Shown: in pieces, positions 35,810 to 46,283 of the stretch
How positions within the stretch are numbered: the first letter of the stretch is position 1
How the letters are laid out: every line of letters begins with the position of its first letter
Made by a program: the position numbers and the translations under genes
The notes under the pieces: generated by a model
The model's database searches: none
Seen by the model: only the letters and a program-made list of their open reading frames with translations
What the model was told of the DNA's origin: nothing
Assembly: GCA_903916195.1 (NCBI GenBank)
Contig: CAIWVP010000034.1
Location: forward strand, 3,575 to 67,574
Reading direction: 5' to 3'
DNA: 64,000 nt
Source: an uncultured Verrucomicrobiota bacterium
Lineage (GTDB): Bacteria; Verrucomicrobiota; Verrucomicrobiia; Limisphaerales; UBA9464

Positions 35810-37033
35810 ATGTCCAAAACGCCCCATCCTCGCCGTCTTCTGTCCGCTGCCGTCTGCTTGGCGGCGACGTTCGTCCCGGCGCATGCCGGTGGTTTCCGAC
35901 TCCCGGACCAGGATGCCTTCGCCACGGCCCGAGGTGAAGCGTTCGCTGCGACCGCCGACAACCCGTCGGCGGTCTACTACAACCCGGCCGGCATCACACA
36001 ACTCGAAGGCCATCAGGCGCGATTCGGCGTCTATGGGATCGACCTCGGGGTGAGCTACACCTCACCTGCCGGGAAGAAGCACGACAACAGCAAGGACCTC
36101 CACGCCGTCCCGCAGATCTTCTACACCTTCACCCCCGAAAAATCGCCGGTCTCGTTCGGCTTCGGAGCGTATTCACCCTATGGCCTGAGCTCGGAGTGGC
36201 CGGAGGACACGGGATTCCGCAGCGTGGTGCTGGGCGGAAAGCTGACCTACCTGACACTCAACCCCGTGGTCGCGTGGCAGATCACGCCGACATTATCCAT
36301 CGGCGGCGGAGCGATGATCAACTACGCCGAAGCCGACCTGCGGAGCGGTCTGTCGCCGATCGCGGGTGTCGGCCAGTCGCGGCTGAACGGCTCCGGCTGG
36401 GCGCCGGGGTTCAACGCGGGGATCCTCTGGAAACTCTGCGAGAAGGTGCAGATCGGCCTGAATTACCGGAGTGAATCGCGGATCCCGCTGGACGGCTACC
36501 TCGATATCACATCGCCGGTCTTCAGCGCGCATCCGGATGCCAAGGCCGAGCTCCCGTTCCCGCAGACCTTCGTCGCCGGCATCTCATATCGGCCGACGCC
36601 GGATTGGAACCTGGAGTTCGACATCGAGTGGAACGACTGGAACCGGCTCAACTCGATGAGCGTCCACGCGCCGCAGGCGCCGTTCCTGGACTCGGCGATC
36701 GCGTTCAACTGGCAGTCGAGCTTCTACTACGAGTTCGGAGCCACCCGGCACCTCGGGGGCGGCTGGTCCGTCAGCGCCGGGTACATCTTCAACGAGAACT
36801 CGGTGCCCGACCACGACTTCACGCCGCTGGTCTCGGACTTGGACCGGCATTTCGTGAGCTTCGGCGGGGGCTACAAGCATGGCCGGCTGAGCGTGGACCT
36901 CGCCTACCAGCTCGGCTACGGGCCGACGAGGACCGTCACCGGCAACCCGGTGAACTCCTCCGGCCAATCAGCGAACGGCGAGTACGACTTCCTCAGCCAC
37001 GCGCTGCTCTTGAGCATGGGCTGGCATTTCTGA
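35810..37033 (+). CDS. fadL: FadL/OmpP1/TodX-family outer membrane long-chain fatty acid channel
   Basis: Signal peptide, GGF...ATARGEAF.ATADNPSAVYYNPAG plug motif, PYGLSSEW, LTLNPVVA, terminal Phe. Confidence 0.93.
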   Translation: MSKTPHPRRLLSAAVCLAATFVPAHAGGFRLPDQDAFATARGEAFAATADNPSAVYYNPAGITQLEGHQARFGVYGIDLGVSYTSPAGKKHDNSKDLHAVPQIFYTFTPEKSPVSFGFGAYSPYGLSSEWPEDTGFRSVVLGGKLTYLTLNPVVAWQITPTLSIGGGAMINYAEADLRSGLSPIAGVGQSRLNGSGWAPGFNAGILWKLCEKVQIGLNYRSESRIPLDGYLDITSPVFSAHPDAKAELPFPQTFVAGISYRPTPDWNLEFDIEWNDWNRLNSMSVHAPQAPFLDSAIAFNWQSSFYYEFGATRHLGGGWSVSAGYIFNENSVPDHDFTPLVSDLDRHFVSFGGGYKHGRLSVDLAYQLGYGPTRTVTGNPVNSSGQSANGEYDFLSHALLLSMGWHF

Positions 37034-37143
37034 CATGCTGTACGGACGGTACCGCCCGCTTCCGACGGGTGGCGCGGCGATCCGATGGGCCGTGGCCGGC
37101 GTGGACCACGCCCGACAGGACAACTTGCTTTAGACCGATCCGC

Positions 37144-38577
37144 ATGGCGACGAAACCGACAGGTACCTTATCGGGCGAGCGAGAGAGCTTCATCAGCTGC
37201 CGCAACAGCCAGGGCGCGGAGGTCCGGGCCACGCCGGTGCGCCTGACCCGCTTCACCGTGGTGCTCGAGGTCTACAACCCGTTCAGCATCGTCCAGATCT
37301 CCGAGGTGCTGAGCGAGTTCCGGATCACGATGAACGACCGGCTGGTCTATTCCGGCCGCGCCGTCGTGAGCAACATCGTCAACACCGGCATCATGGTGTT
37401 GTGCGAGGCCACGCTGGACGATTCATGGCTCGACGTGGACATGTTCTCGTCGTCCGCCCATCCGGGGCGGCTACGGGACGAGTTCGGCGAGTTCCTCCAA
37501 GAATGGCAGAAGATCCATAGCGTCACCCCCGGCTTCAAGGTCGTGGTGGCCGACATGCAGACGCTGCTCGCCGACCTGCGGCGGTGGATGGAGCAGGTGG
37601 AGCTGGGCATCCGTTCGTCACCCGGAGGGAACCGGGCCTTGCTTGAACGCGACGTGATCACCGACCTGAGCCAACCGGTGCTGACGGTGATCGACGAGTT
37701 GTTCGACCGGTTCGAATCGATCGCCGGCTCCTTGGATCCCGCGCTGCAGCCGATGCACCGGAACTATATCAAGCGACAACTGCATCCGCTGGTGCTCTGC
37801 GCGCCGTTCGCCTACCGCACGTTCCAGAAGCCGCTCGGGTACGCCGGCGACTACGAGATGGTGAACATGATCCTCCGCGACCCGTTCGAGGGCGGCTCTC
37901 TGTTCGCCAAGACCGTCAACCTCTACTTCCTCAACTCCGCCCCGGCCCTCGCCCACCGCAACCGCATCAAGTACCTGGTGCAGGTCCTCTCGGCCGAGGC
38001 CCGCCGCACCTCGGCCGAAGGACGACCTGTCCGCATCCTCAACCTGGGCTGCGGACCCGCCGGCGAGATCCAGCAGTTGCTGGCGACCGATCCAGTCGTG
38101 GACCAGATGGATTTCACGTTGATGGATTTCAACGACGAGACGCTCGATTTCACGCGGCACCGCTTGGATGCACTGAAGGTCCAGCACGGGCGCCGGACGC
38201 CGCTCCAGTTCGTCAAGAAATCCGTCCACCAGGTCCTCAAGGAAGGTTCGCGGCCCGAGCACGGCCAGCCGCGCTACGACCTCATCTACTGCGCCGGCCT
38301 GTTCGACTACCTCTCCGACCGGATCTGCCAGCGGTTGATGACCATCTTCTACGAGATGCTCGCCCCTGGAGGGCTGCTCGTCGCCACCAACGTCGATCCG
38401 AGCAACCCTTCTCGGAACGGCATGGAGTTCATCCTCGACTGGCATCTCGTCTACCGTGACCGCGAGCAGCTGAAGCTGCTCCATCCGTCAGGCGTGCCCG
38501 ACGAGAACATCGTCAGCCGCGCGGATGAGACGGGCGTCAACATCTACCTTGAAGTCCGCCGTCCCATCGATCGTTGA
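37144..38577 (+). CDS. phcB: PhcB-like class I SAM-dependent methyltransferase (putative hydroxy fatty acid methyl ester signal synthase)
   Basis: RTFQKPLGYAGDYEMVN, AHRNRI, RILNLGCGPA, YDLIYCAGLFDYLSD, DWHLVYR; about 477 aa; followed by sensor kinase and REC proteins. Confidence 0.78.
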   Translation: MATKPTGTLSGERESFISCRNSQGAEVRATPVRLTRFTVVLEVYNPFSIVQISEVLSEFRITMNDRLVYSGRAVVSNIVNTGIMVLCEATLDDSWLDVDMFSSSAHPGRLRDEFGEFLQEWQKIHSVTPGFKVVVADMQTLLADLRRWMEQVELGIRSSPGGNRALLERDVITDLSQPVLTVIDELFDRFESIAGSLDPALQPMHRNYIKRQLHPLVLCAPFAYRTFQKPLGYAGDYEMVNMILRDPFEGGSLFAKTVNLYFLNSAPALAHRNRIKYLVQVLSAEARRTSAEGRPVRILNLGCGPAGEIQQLLATDPVVDQMDFTLMDFNDETLDFTRHRLDALKVQHGRRTPLQFVKKSVHQVLKEGSRPEHGQPRYDLIYCAGLFDYLSDRICQRLMTIFYEMLAPGGLLVATNVDPSNPSRNGMEFILDWHLVYRDREQLKLLHPSGVPDENIVSRADETGVNIYLEVRRPIDR

Positions 38578-41236
38578 CGGCGGACCGGAGGCCGATGCGG
38601 CGTTCCAGGAGGCCTTCCACTCAGAGGACCTCCGGGAGCGCCTCCGCATCGGGAAGCTCGGCTGCGCGCTGGTCATCGTCCTGATGCCCCTCGGGGCCTC
38701 GCTGGACTACGTCGTCTACAAGGACGACGTCGCGGTGTTCCAGTTCTTCCTCGGGCTCCGGCTCCTGTGCTCGCTGGTCACGGGCGCGTTGCTGGCCGTC
38801 CACCACACCCGGTGGGGCGAGCGGAACGTGCGGATGCTCGGCCCGTTCATCGCGCTCCTGCCCGCCGTGTGCATCGCCGGCATGATCGGTCACAAGGATC
38901 AGTGGGGATCCCACTACTACGCCGGCCTGAACCTCGTCCTCATCGCCGTCAACGTCGTCGCCCGCTGGACCGTCCGCGAATCGCTCGCCATCGTCGGCAG
39001 CGTCGTCGCGTTCTACCTCTCGGCATGCCTCATCGGGACCGGCTGGCCAGAGGCCCCCGGGCAGCGGCAGGACCTCTTCAACAACCTGTACTTCCTCACG
39101 TTGACAGGTGTGATCGTGGTCGCCGGCAACTGGCTCTACAACCAGCTCCGGGAGCGCGAGTTCGCCCTCCGGTACGAGCTCGGCAAGAACCAGCGCCAGC
39201 TGCAGGAGGCCAACCAGAAGCTGCGCGACCTCGACGAGGTGAAGAGCCGTTTCTTCGCCAACATCAGCCACGAGCTCCGCACCCCGCTCACGCTGCTGCT
39301 CGGGCCGCTCGACGCGCTCATCCGGCAGCGGGGCCGCCTCGGCGAGCCGGAGATCGACGAGCACCTGGAGACGATGCACGGGAACGGTCTCCGCCTGCTC
39401 AAGCTCATCAACGACCTGCTCGACCTCGTCCGCCTCGACTCCGGGCATATCGCCCTACGACGCGAGGCCGTGCCGCTCTCCCAGTTCTTCGGCGGCGTGG
39501 TCAACTCGACCCGCAAGCTCGCCGAGGACCGCCGGATCCAGCTCCGCCTCGTCCTCGACGACCAGATGGGCCGCGCGATGCTCGACCCGGACAAGCTGGA
39601 GAAGGTCCTGTTCAACCTCATCATCAACGCGATCAAGTTCACCGCGAGCGGCGGCACGATCACCTGCCACCCCGAGCGCCACGGCGACGAGATGGTCATC
39701 GAGGTGAGCGACAGCGGCGTCGGCATCCGGTCGGACGACCTCCCGCACATCTTCGACCGGTTCTGGCAGGCCGACACCAGTTCCCAACGCAAGCACCAGG
39801 GCACCGGTATCGGCCTCGCGCTCGTGAAGGAACTGGTCGAGGCGCAGGGAGGTCATGTGACGGTCGCCAGCGAGGTCGACAAGGGCACGACCTTCACCAT
39901 CACCCTGCCATGGATCGATCCGCCCCGGACCGATCCACACGCCCAGCCGGTCACTGTGCTCCCGCCGGCCGGGCCGGCCGAACCGCAGGACGCTTGGCTG
40001 GTCAGTCTCTATCGCAGGGCGGAGCTCTTCCCGGGGATCGCCCCGCTCAAGGAGAGCCTGAGGCCCGACACCATGTCGTCCACCGACCACCGGCCACGGA
40101 TTCTCATCGCGGACGACGAGCCGGACATGTTGCGGTTCCTGCGGTCCCAACTTTCCGGGCAGTTCCAGGTGTTCGAAGCGGTGGACGGACAGCAGGCGAT
40201 CGAGAAGGCCGCCCAGTTCCTGCCGGACATCATCCTTTGCGACATGATGATGCCGGAGAAGGACGGCCTGGACGTCTGCCGCGAGGTCCGCGCGCGGTTC
40301 CCGACCCGCAACATCCCCATCGTGCTGCTCACCGCACGGGCCGACGACGAGACCAAGCTCGCAGCGCTGGCCGCCGGCGCGAATGACTTCCTGTCCAAGC
40401 CGTTCTCGACGACCGAGCTCCGGATCCGCCTCAAGAACCTGGTCGACGCCCAGAGGCTCCAGAAGGAGCTGGCCTGGCAGAACCAGAAGCTGCAATCGAC
40501 CCTCGAGCAGCTGAAGGAGACCGAATCGCAGCTCGTGCAATCCGAGAAGATGGCCTCGCTCGGCCGCATGAGCGCCGGGATAATACACGAGATCAACAAC
40601 CCGCTGAACTATGCCAAGACGGGCATCTTCACGCTCCAGAAGATGGGCCGCTCGATGCCGCCCGGCGAGATCGCCGATTTCGAGGAGATCCTCCATGACA
40701 TCGGCGACGGGCTCACCCGTGTGGCCGGGATCGTCGGCGACCTGAGGGCTTTCACCCATCCCCACGGCGGGGCGATGGAGGATGTGGATGTCCGCGCCGT
40801 CGCGGCCGGCGCGCTGCGGTTCCTCGCGGCCGAGACCAAGGATGTCGCGATCGACAACGCCATCCCGCCGGGTTTCCGGGTGAGGGCGAACCGCAACAAG
40901 CTCATCCAGGTCTTCGTCAACCTGCTCCAGAACGCCGTCGACGCGCTCGGCGAGAAGCGGTTCAGCGACGGCGAGACCGCCCGGATCGTGCTCGGGGCCG
41001 AGGCCACGGACACCGCCCGGACCGTCACGTTCCACGACAACGGCCCCGGGATGGATACCGATATTTTGGACAAGATTTTTGACCCGTTCTTCACCACCAA
41101 GGAGGTAGGCAAGGGCACCGGGCTCGGATTGAGCATCTGCTACCGCATCATCAACGAGGCCGGCGGGCGCATCACAGCCCAGAGCGAGCCAGGAAAGTGG
41201 ACCGAATTTGCATTGGAGTTCCCGACGACAGTGTGA
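38525..41236 (+). CDS. Membrane hybrid histidine kinase TM-HisKA-HATPase-REC-HisKA-HATPase (PhcS-like; start uncertain)
   Basis: About 6 hydrophobic segments; [25 protein letters not shown]; REC ADDE/CDMMMP/SKPF; [24 protein letters not shown]. Confidence 0.93.
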   Translation: MRRASTSTLKSAVPSIVDGGPEADAAFQEAFHSEDLRERLRIGKLGCALVIVLMPLGASLDYVVYKDDVAVFQFFLGLRLLCSLVTGALLAVHHTRWGERNVRMLGPFIALLPAVCIAGMIGHKDQWGSHYYAGLNLVLIAVNVVARWTVRESLAIVGSVVAFYLSACLIGTGWPEAPGQRQDLFNNLYFLTLTGVIVVAGNWLYNQLREREFALRYELGKNQRQLQEANQKLRDLDEVKSRFFANISHELRTPLTLLLGPLDALIRQRGRLGEPEIDEHLETMHGNGLRLLKLINDLLDLVRLDSGHIALRREAVPLSQFFGGVVNSTRKLAEDRRIQLRLVLDDQMGRAMLDPDKLEKVLFNLIINAIKFTASGGTITCHPERHGDEMVIEVSDSGVGIRSDDLPHIFDRFWQADTSSQRKHQGTGIGLALVKELVEAQGGHVTVASEVDKGTTFTITLPWIDPPRTDPHAQPVTVLPPAGPAEPQDAWLVSLYRRAELFPGIAPLKESLRPDTMSSTDHRPRILIADDEPDMLRFLRSQLSGQFQVFEAVDGQQAIEKAAQFLPDIILCDMMMPEKDGLDVCREVRARFPTRNIPIVLLTARADDETKLAALAAGANDFLSKPFSTTELRIRLKNLVDAQRLQKELAWQNQKLQSTLEQLKETESQLVQSEKMASLGRMSAGIIHEINNPLNYAKTGIFTLQKMGRSMPPGEIADFEEILHDIGDGLTRVAGIVGDLRAFTHPHGGAMEDVDVRAVAAGALRFLAAETKDVAIDNAIPPGFRVRANRNKLIQVFVNLLQNAVDALGEKRFSDGETARIVLGAEATDTARTVTFHDNGPGMDTDILDKIFDPFFTTKEVGKGTGLGLSICYRIINEAGGRITAQSEPGKWTEFALEFPTTV

Positions 41237-41268
41237 CATAAGAAAAACGCCTCAACGCACTGCCGGTC

Positions 41269-42534
41269 ATGGATCCCCACTACGATTACAAGCGATACGC
41301 CGTCCTTTATGTGGATGACGAGGAGAAGTCCCTGAAGGGCTTCGATCGCGGCTTCAAGGACACTTTCCGCATCCTCACGGCGACCAACGCCGACGATGCC
41401 CTGCGCTTGATCGAGACCCAAGGTGATGAGATCGGCGTCATCATGTCCGACCAGCGGATGCCCGGCATGAAGGGCGTGCAGTTCCTGGAGCGCTCGCGCC
41501 AGCTCCGGCCCAAGACCGTCCGCATCCTCGCGACCGCCTTCACCGACCTGGATGCCGCCATCAGCTCGGTCAACAACGGCGCCATCTACAAGTACGTCTC
41601 CAAGCCCTGGGAACCGTACGAGCTGGACCACGTGCTCAAACGTGCCCTCGAGTTCTACACGGTCCAGAACGAGCGAGACCAACTGCTGCGCGAGAAGATG
41701 TCGGTGCTGCACAAGATGGTGATCACCGACCGCGTGCTCAGCCTCGGGGTGCTCGCCGCCGGCCTCGGCCACCACGTGCGCAACGCGATGTCGGCCGTCC
41801 GCACCTTCCTCGACCTCGCGCCCGAGATGCTCCACCGCGAGAGCCTCGATCTCAACCAGCTCCACCACCCGGCTTTCTGGCAAGATTTCCACCACAAGGT
41901 GCAGGGTCGTGTGAAGCTGCTCGTCGACCTGCTCGACGACCTCTCCGACCACACGCAACCGGGACCGTTCCAGTTCGACAGCGAGATCGGTCTGCGCGAC
42001 GTGATCTCCGACGGGGTGACCGAGATCGGTCTCGAGCTGGCCGGCCGCCGCATCCAGGTCATCAACGATATCCCGTCGGATCTGCCGCGCCTGCTCGTCG
42101 ACCTTCCGAAGATCCGCAAACTCTTCCAGCTCCTCCTCCGCGACGAGCTGACCAACCTCCAGGACGGCGCAACCATCCGGTTCGAGGCCGCTGCCCGCGA
42201 GGCCACCGCTCTCCAGCCTGCCGGTGTCGAGCTCTTGATCCAGGACGACGGACCGGGCCTCCCCCAGGCCTCGATCATGGCGGTCTTCGACCCGTTCTTC
42301 GTCCGGAACGACAGCCCGGACGAGTTCGGGATCTACCTCATGGCGTGCTACTTCATCGTGTACCATCATGGCGGCACGATCCATGTGGGACCGGGCAAGG
42401 ACGGAGGCCTCGCGTTCCGCATCTGGCTCCCGTTGGCGCCCGGCATCGGGACGGCGAGCGAAGAGAACGCAGATTTCCTTGTCCGGGTGATGACCAACGA
42501 ACGGCTTTGGGAACGCCTGCTCGCGACCCCCTGA
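41269..42534 (+). CDS. REC + degenerate histidine-kinase-like protein (PhcR/PhcQ-like)
   Basis: YVDDE, SDQRMP, SKPW; H-box-like GHHVRNAM; DDGPG and FDPFF kept, N and G2 boxes degenerate. Confidence 0.85.
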   Translation: MDPHYDYKRYAVLYVDDEEKSLKGFDRGFKDTFRILTATNADDALRLIETQGDEIGVIMSDQRMPGMKGVQFLERSRQLRPKTVRILATAFTDLDAAISSVNNGAIYKYVSKPWEPYELDHVLKRALEFYTVQNERDQLLREKMSVLHKMVITDRVLSLGVLAAGLGHHVRNAMSAVRTFLDLAPEMLHRESLDLNQLHHPAFWQDFHHKVQGRVKLLVDLLDDLSDHTQPGPFQFDSEIGLRDVISDGVTEIGLELAGRRIQVINDIPSDLPRLLVDLPKIRKLFQLLLRDELTNLQDGATIRFEAAAREATALQPAGVELLIQDDGPGLPQASIMAVFDPFFVRNDSPDEFGIYLMACYFIVYHHGGTIHVGPGKDGGLAFRIWLPLAPGIGTASEENADFLVRVMTNERLWERLLATP

Positions 42535-42546
42535 GCCTCCGGATGT

Positions 42547-43827
42547 ATGTCGCCACCCCCCTCCATGCACCCGGTCCGCGCCGGCGGCGTCCTGACGGCG
42601 GACAGCCCGGCGTTGCCGCCGCTGCCCGTGCGCCGTCCCGTGCTGCTCGTGGTCGACGACGACGAGCCGCTGCGGCAGGCGTTGCGGCTCATCTTCGAGT
42701 ACCAATACGAGGTCGTGCTCGCCGCGTCCGGACCGCACGCGCTCTCGCTGATCCAGCGCGGGCTCTTCGATGTCGCGGTCGTGGACATCCGCATGCCCGG
42801 CATGTCGGGCTTCGAGTTCCTCGAGCGCTCGCGGACGGTGGACCCCGACATCCAGACGGTGATCCTCAGCGGGCAGAGCACCTTCGAGATGGCCCGCCAA
42901 GCGGTGCGGCTCGATGCGTTCGATTTCCTGCCGAAGCCGTTCGACTTGCAGGTGCTGCGGCAGACCATCCAACAGGCGGCCCGGCGACGCGCATGGCTGC
43001 GGTTCGAGAAGAAACGCGAGGCGGCGCTCCAGCGCGCGGTGACCGCCGCGGAGACGGCCGCGCAGGAACGTGACCTGCTGGTCAGCCTCTTGTCCGAATT
43101 CCGCGCCCCGCTCAACTCGATCTCCGCGGGGGCGGCAGCCCTGGACCAGGAGTTGACCCGGCAATCCACACCCTCCGAGCCGCAGGTCGCGGCGTGGCGC
43201 CACCAGCTCCAGGAGCTCGGCCGCCAAGCGACCCTCTGTGTCCAGTTGGCGGGCGGCCCCCGGCAGGACCTCTCGTCGCCCGGTCCGCCCGAAGGCGTGC
43301 CAGCCGTGCAGGTGATGGACGACCTGGGACGCTTGCTCCGCGTGCACCCGGCGTCCAAGGGCCACCAGCTCACGATCCGCCCGCCCGCGCTGCCCGCGGG
43401 CTTGAAGGCGCGGGAGGCGGACCTGCTCCGCATCCTGGTGAACCTCGGCCGCAACGCGCTCGAATCCTCCGAGGTGCCGCACCGCGTGGACTTCGAATCG
43501 TGGCTGGTCAACGAACCGGTCCTGCTCGACGGCCCTGAACGTTCCCAAGGCCGCTTCGTGCTGCGCGAGACGTTCGAGAACCGTCCGCCCCTGCTCGCGA
43601 TCGCGGTCAAGGACGACGGCCCGGGGATCTCGCCGGAAATTTGGCCGCACCTCTTCCAAACCGCTGTCACGACCAAGCCCGGCAGGGGCGATGTCGGCCT
43701 CGGACTCACCTCGGTGCGGGACCTCGTCGCCGCCACCGGATGCGCCCTGGAGATCCGCAGCGAGCCCGGATCCGGGACCACGGCCACGCTCTACGTGCCG
43801 GTCGTCCGCCCGGTGGACCCTTCGTAG
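42547..43827 (+). CDS. REC + histidine-kinase-like protein lacking the phospho-His
   Basis: VVDDD, VDIRMP, PKPF; H-box LSEFRAPL; NLGRNALES, DDGPGI, TTK, VGLGL. Confidence 0.85.
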   Translation: MSPPPSMHPVRAGGVLTADSPALPPLPVRRPVLLVVDDDEPLRQALRLIFEYQYEVVLAASGPHALSLIQRGLFDVAVVDIRMPGMSGFEFLERSRTVDPDIQTVILSGQSTFEMARQAVRLDAFDFLPKPFDLQVLRQTIQQAARRRAWLRFEKKREAALQRAVTAAETAAQERDLLVSLLSEFRAPLNSISAGAAALDQELTRQSTPSEPQVAAWRHQLQELGRQATLCVQLAGGPRQDLSSPGPPEGVPAVQVMDDLGRLLRVHPASKGHQLTIRPPALPAGLKAREADLLRILVNLGRNALESSEVPHRVDFESWLVNEPVLLDGPERSQGRFVLRETFENRPPLLAIAVKDDGPGISPEIWPHLFQTAVTTKPGRGDVGLGLTSVRDLVAATGCALEIRSEPGSGTTATLYVPVVRPVDPS

Positions 43828-43891
43828 ACGGCGAATAGGTTCGCCCGCCCGCGGCGTGTCCGGTATCGCTCGCCCGGCCTCGCGCCGACCC

Positions 43892-45303
43892 ATGCGCAGA
43901 ACCAAGATCATCGCCACGCTCGGGCCCGCCACCGACTCGTCCGAGATGCTCGGACGCCTCATCGACGCGGGCATGGACTCGCCCGGCTGAACATGTCCCA
44001 CGCCACGCCCGATTGGGTGCGCCGCGTCGTGAAGGACATCCGCGCCCACTCCAAGGCGCGCGGCGTCGCCATCGGGATCCTGCTCGACACCCAAGGCCCC
44101 GCGATCCGCACCGGCGATGTGCCGGCGAAGATCCCCCTCGCGGTCGGTGACCGCTTCGTCTTCACCGTCCAAGGCGACTCGCTCCGTCCCGACGAAGGTG
44201 TCAAGGGCACGTCCGTCGGCTACGACGGGTTCGCGGCGGACGTCGAGGTCGGCAAGACGCTGATCGTGGACAACGGCGAGCTGCGGATGCGCATCCTCTC
44301 CAAGACAGCCACACGGGTCGTGTGCGAAGTGCTCACCGAGGGGCAGATGGGCAGCCGACGCCACATCAACCTCCCCGGCGTCCGCGTCTCGCTCCCTGCG
44401 TTGACCGACAAGGACAAGGCCGACGTGGAGCTCGGGCTCGAGGTCGGGGTCGATTTCATCGCGCTCAGCTTCGTCCGCGATCCCGATGACATGGCGCAGC
44501 TGCGCGCGCTCGTGGCCGGTTCGCCGCACCAGCCCAAGCTCATCGCCAAGATCGAGCACCAGTTCGCGGTGGACCACTTCGAGGCCATCGCCCGGGCCTC
44601 CGACGGCGTGATGGTCGCGCGGGGCGACCTGGGCATCGAGTGCCCGTACGAGGAGCTGCCGATCATCCAGCGCCGCATCGTCAAGAAGTGCCAGGAGATC
44701 GGCCGCCCGGTGATCGTCGCAACGCATCTGCTCGAGAGCATGATCACGAACCCGATGCCCACGCGCGCGGAGATCACCGACGTGGCGAACGCCGTGTTCG
44801 AGCAGGCCGACGCCATCATGCTCAGCGGCGAGACGACCGTGGGGAAGTACCCGCTCCAGTGCATCGAGGTGTTCGACACCGTCACCCGCCGCATCGAGCG
44901 GAGCGGTGGAGCCGATTACCACCACGCCGCCGAGCTCACGTCGCCGCGGCAGAAGCTCGTGAAGAGCGCGGTGCTGCTCGCCGACGAACTGAAGGCCGCC
45001 GCCATCGTGGTCTTCACCCGGCGCGGCCACATGGCCCGCTACGTCTCGTGGCTCCGGCCGCGTTTTTCCCCCATCTACGCCTTCGCCGACCGCTGGACGA
45101 CCGCGGAATCCCTCGCGATCTGCCGCGGCGTCGTGCCTGGTGTCGTCCCGTTCACCCACGCGGAACCGGACAAGACCGTCGACGCCGCCCTCGCGTCGCT
45201 GATGGCGAAAGGCCGACTCAAGCGCGGCGATGCCGTCGTCGTGCTCAGCATCGTCACCGCCGGCGACCAGCTCGTGGACGCGGTGACGATGCGCGTGATC
45301 TGA
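43892..45303 (+). pseudogene. pyk: Pyruvate kinase, interrupted by a 1-base frameshift near 43979 (real or sequencing error)
   Basis: MRRTKIIATLGPA...AGMD in one frame, ARLNMSH...DTQGPAIRTG, AKIE, MVARGDLG, DAIMLSGET in the next. Confidence 0.9.
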
Positions 45304-45404
45304 CGACCGGCGGCGAGGTCCGGCGCGGCGTGGGGCGCTTTGTCAGGACCGCCTGTGCTCGACCGGCTCGACGTCCCGTGACCCCGCCGTCGGCGCGGCG
45401 CTGC

Positions 45405-46157
45405 TCAGCCGATCTCGATGCCCACCGGGCAGTGGTCGCTGTCCATGACGTGGGGCTGGATGAACGCGCGCCGGAGGCTCGGCCGGAATGCGGCGCTGAC
45501 CATGAAGTAATCGATCCGCCAACCGATGTTCCGCGCACGGGCGGTGCCCATCGGGCTCCACCAAGTGTAGTGGCCGCCGCCCTTCTCGAACTCGCGGAAG
45601 GTGTCCACGAACCCGGCGTCGATGGCAGCGCCGAAACCGGCGCGCTCCTCGGGCGTGAAACCGTGGTTCTTCATGTTCGCCTTCGGGTTCGCGAGATCGA
45701 TCTCCGTGTGGGCGACGTTCAGGTCGCCGCACCAGATCACCGGCTTCTTCTGCTCGAGCGTCTTGAGGTAGGCGAGGAAGTCGACGTCCCAACGCTGACG
45801 GTAAGGGAGCCGAGCGAGCTCGCGCTGCGAGTTCGGCACGTACGCGTTCACCAGGTAGAAATCTCCGTGTTCGGCGGTGAGCACGCGGCCTTCGTTGTCA
45901 TGGTCCCCGATGCCGATGCCTTGGGTGACCGCGATGGGTTTCGTCTTGGTGAATATCGCGGTGCCGGAGTAGCCCTTCTTCACGGCCGAGTTCCAATAGG
46001 TCTGGTAGGTGGCCGGCCAGACCGGCTCGACCTGGTCGGGCGAGCACTTGGTCTCCTGGAGGCAGAGGATGTCGGGCGCCTCGTCGGCGAGGTAGGAGAG
46101 GAAGTTCTTCCTCAGCACGGCCCGCAGACCGTTCACGTTCCAAGAGATGAGCTTCAT
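45405..46157 (-). CDS. xth: Exodeoxyribonuclease III / AP endonuclease
   Basis: [43 protein letters not shown]. Confidence 0.96.
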   Translation of the reverse strand: MKLISWNVNGLRAVLRKNFLSYLADEAPDILCLQETKCSPDQVEPVWPATYQTYWNSAVKKGYSGTAIFTKTKPIAVTQGIGIGDHDNEGRVLTAEHGDFYLVNAYVPNSQRELARLPYRQRWDVDFLAYLKTLEQKKPVIWCGDLNVAHTEIDLANPKANMKNHGFTPEERAGFGAAIDAGFVDTFREFEKGGGHYTWWSPMGTARARNIGWRIDYFMVSAAFRPSLRRAFIQPHVMDSDHCPVGIEIG

Positions 46158-46283
46158 GACGGCGAAGATGGCGGCAGAAGCCCGCCGGAGCGGAAAGCAG
46201 AATCGCGACGAGGACGCCATGGACCGGCGTGGCGGCGAAGGGAGGATGGCTTCGCTGGAGGAACGTCTGTCGGGAAGCTGGGC

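Noticed and set aside
36604-37143. 180-aa N-terminal extension of the methyltransferase ORF
   Set aside because: Overlaps fadL out of frame; true start taken as ATG 37144
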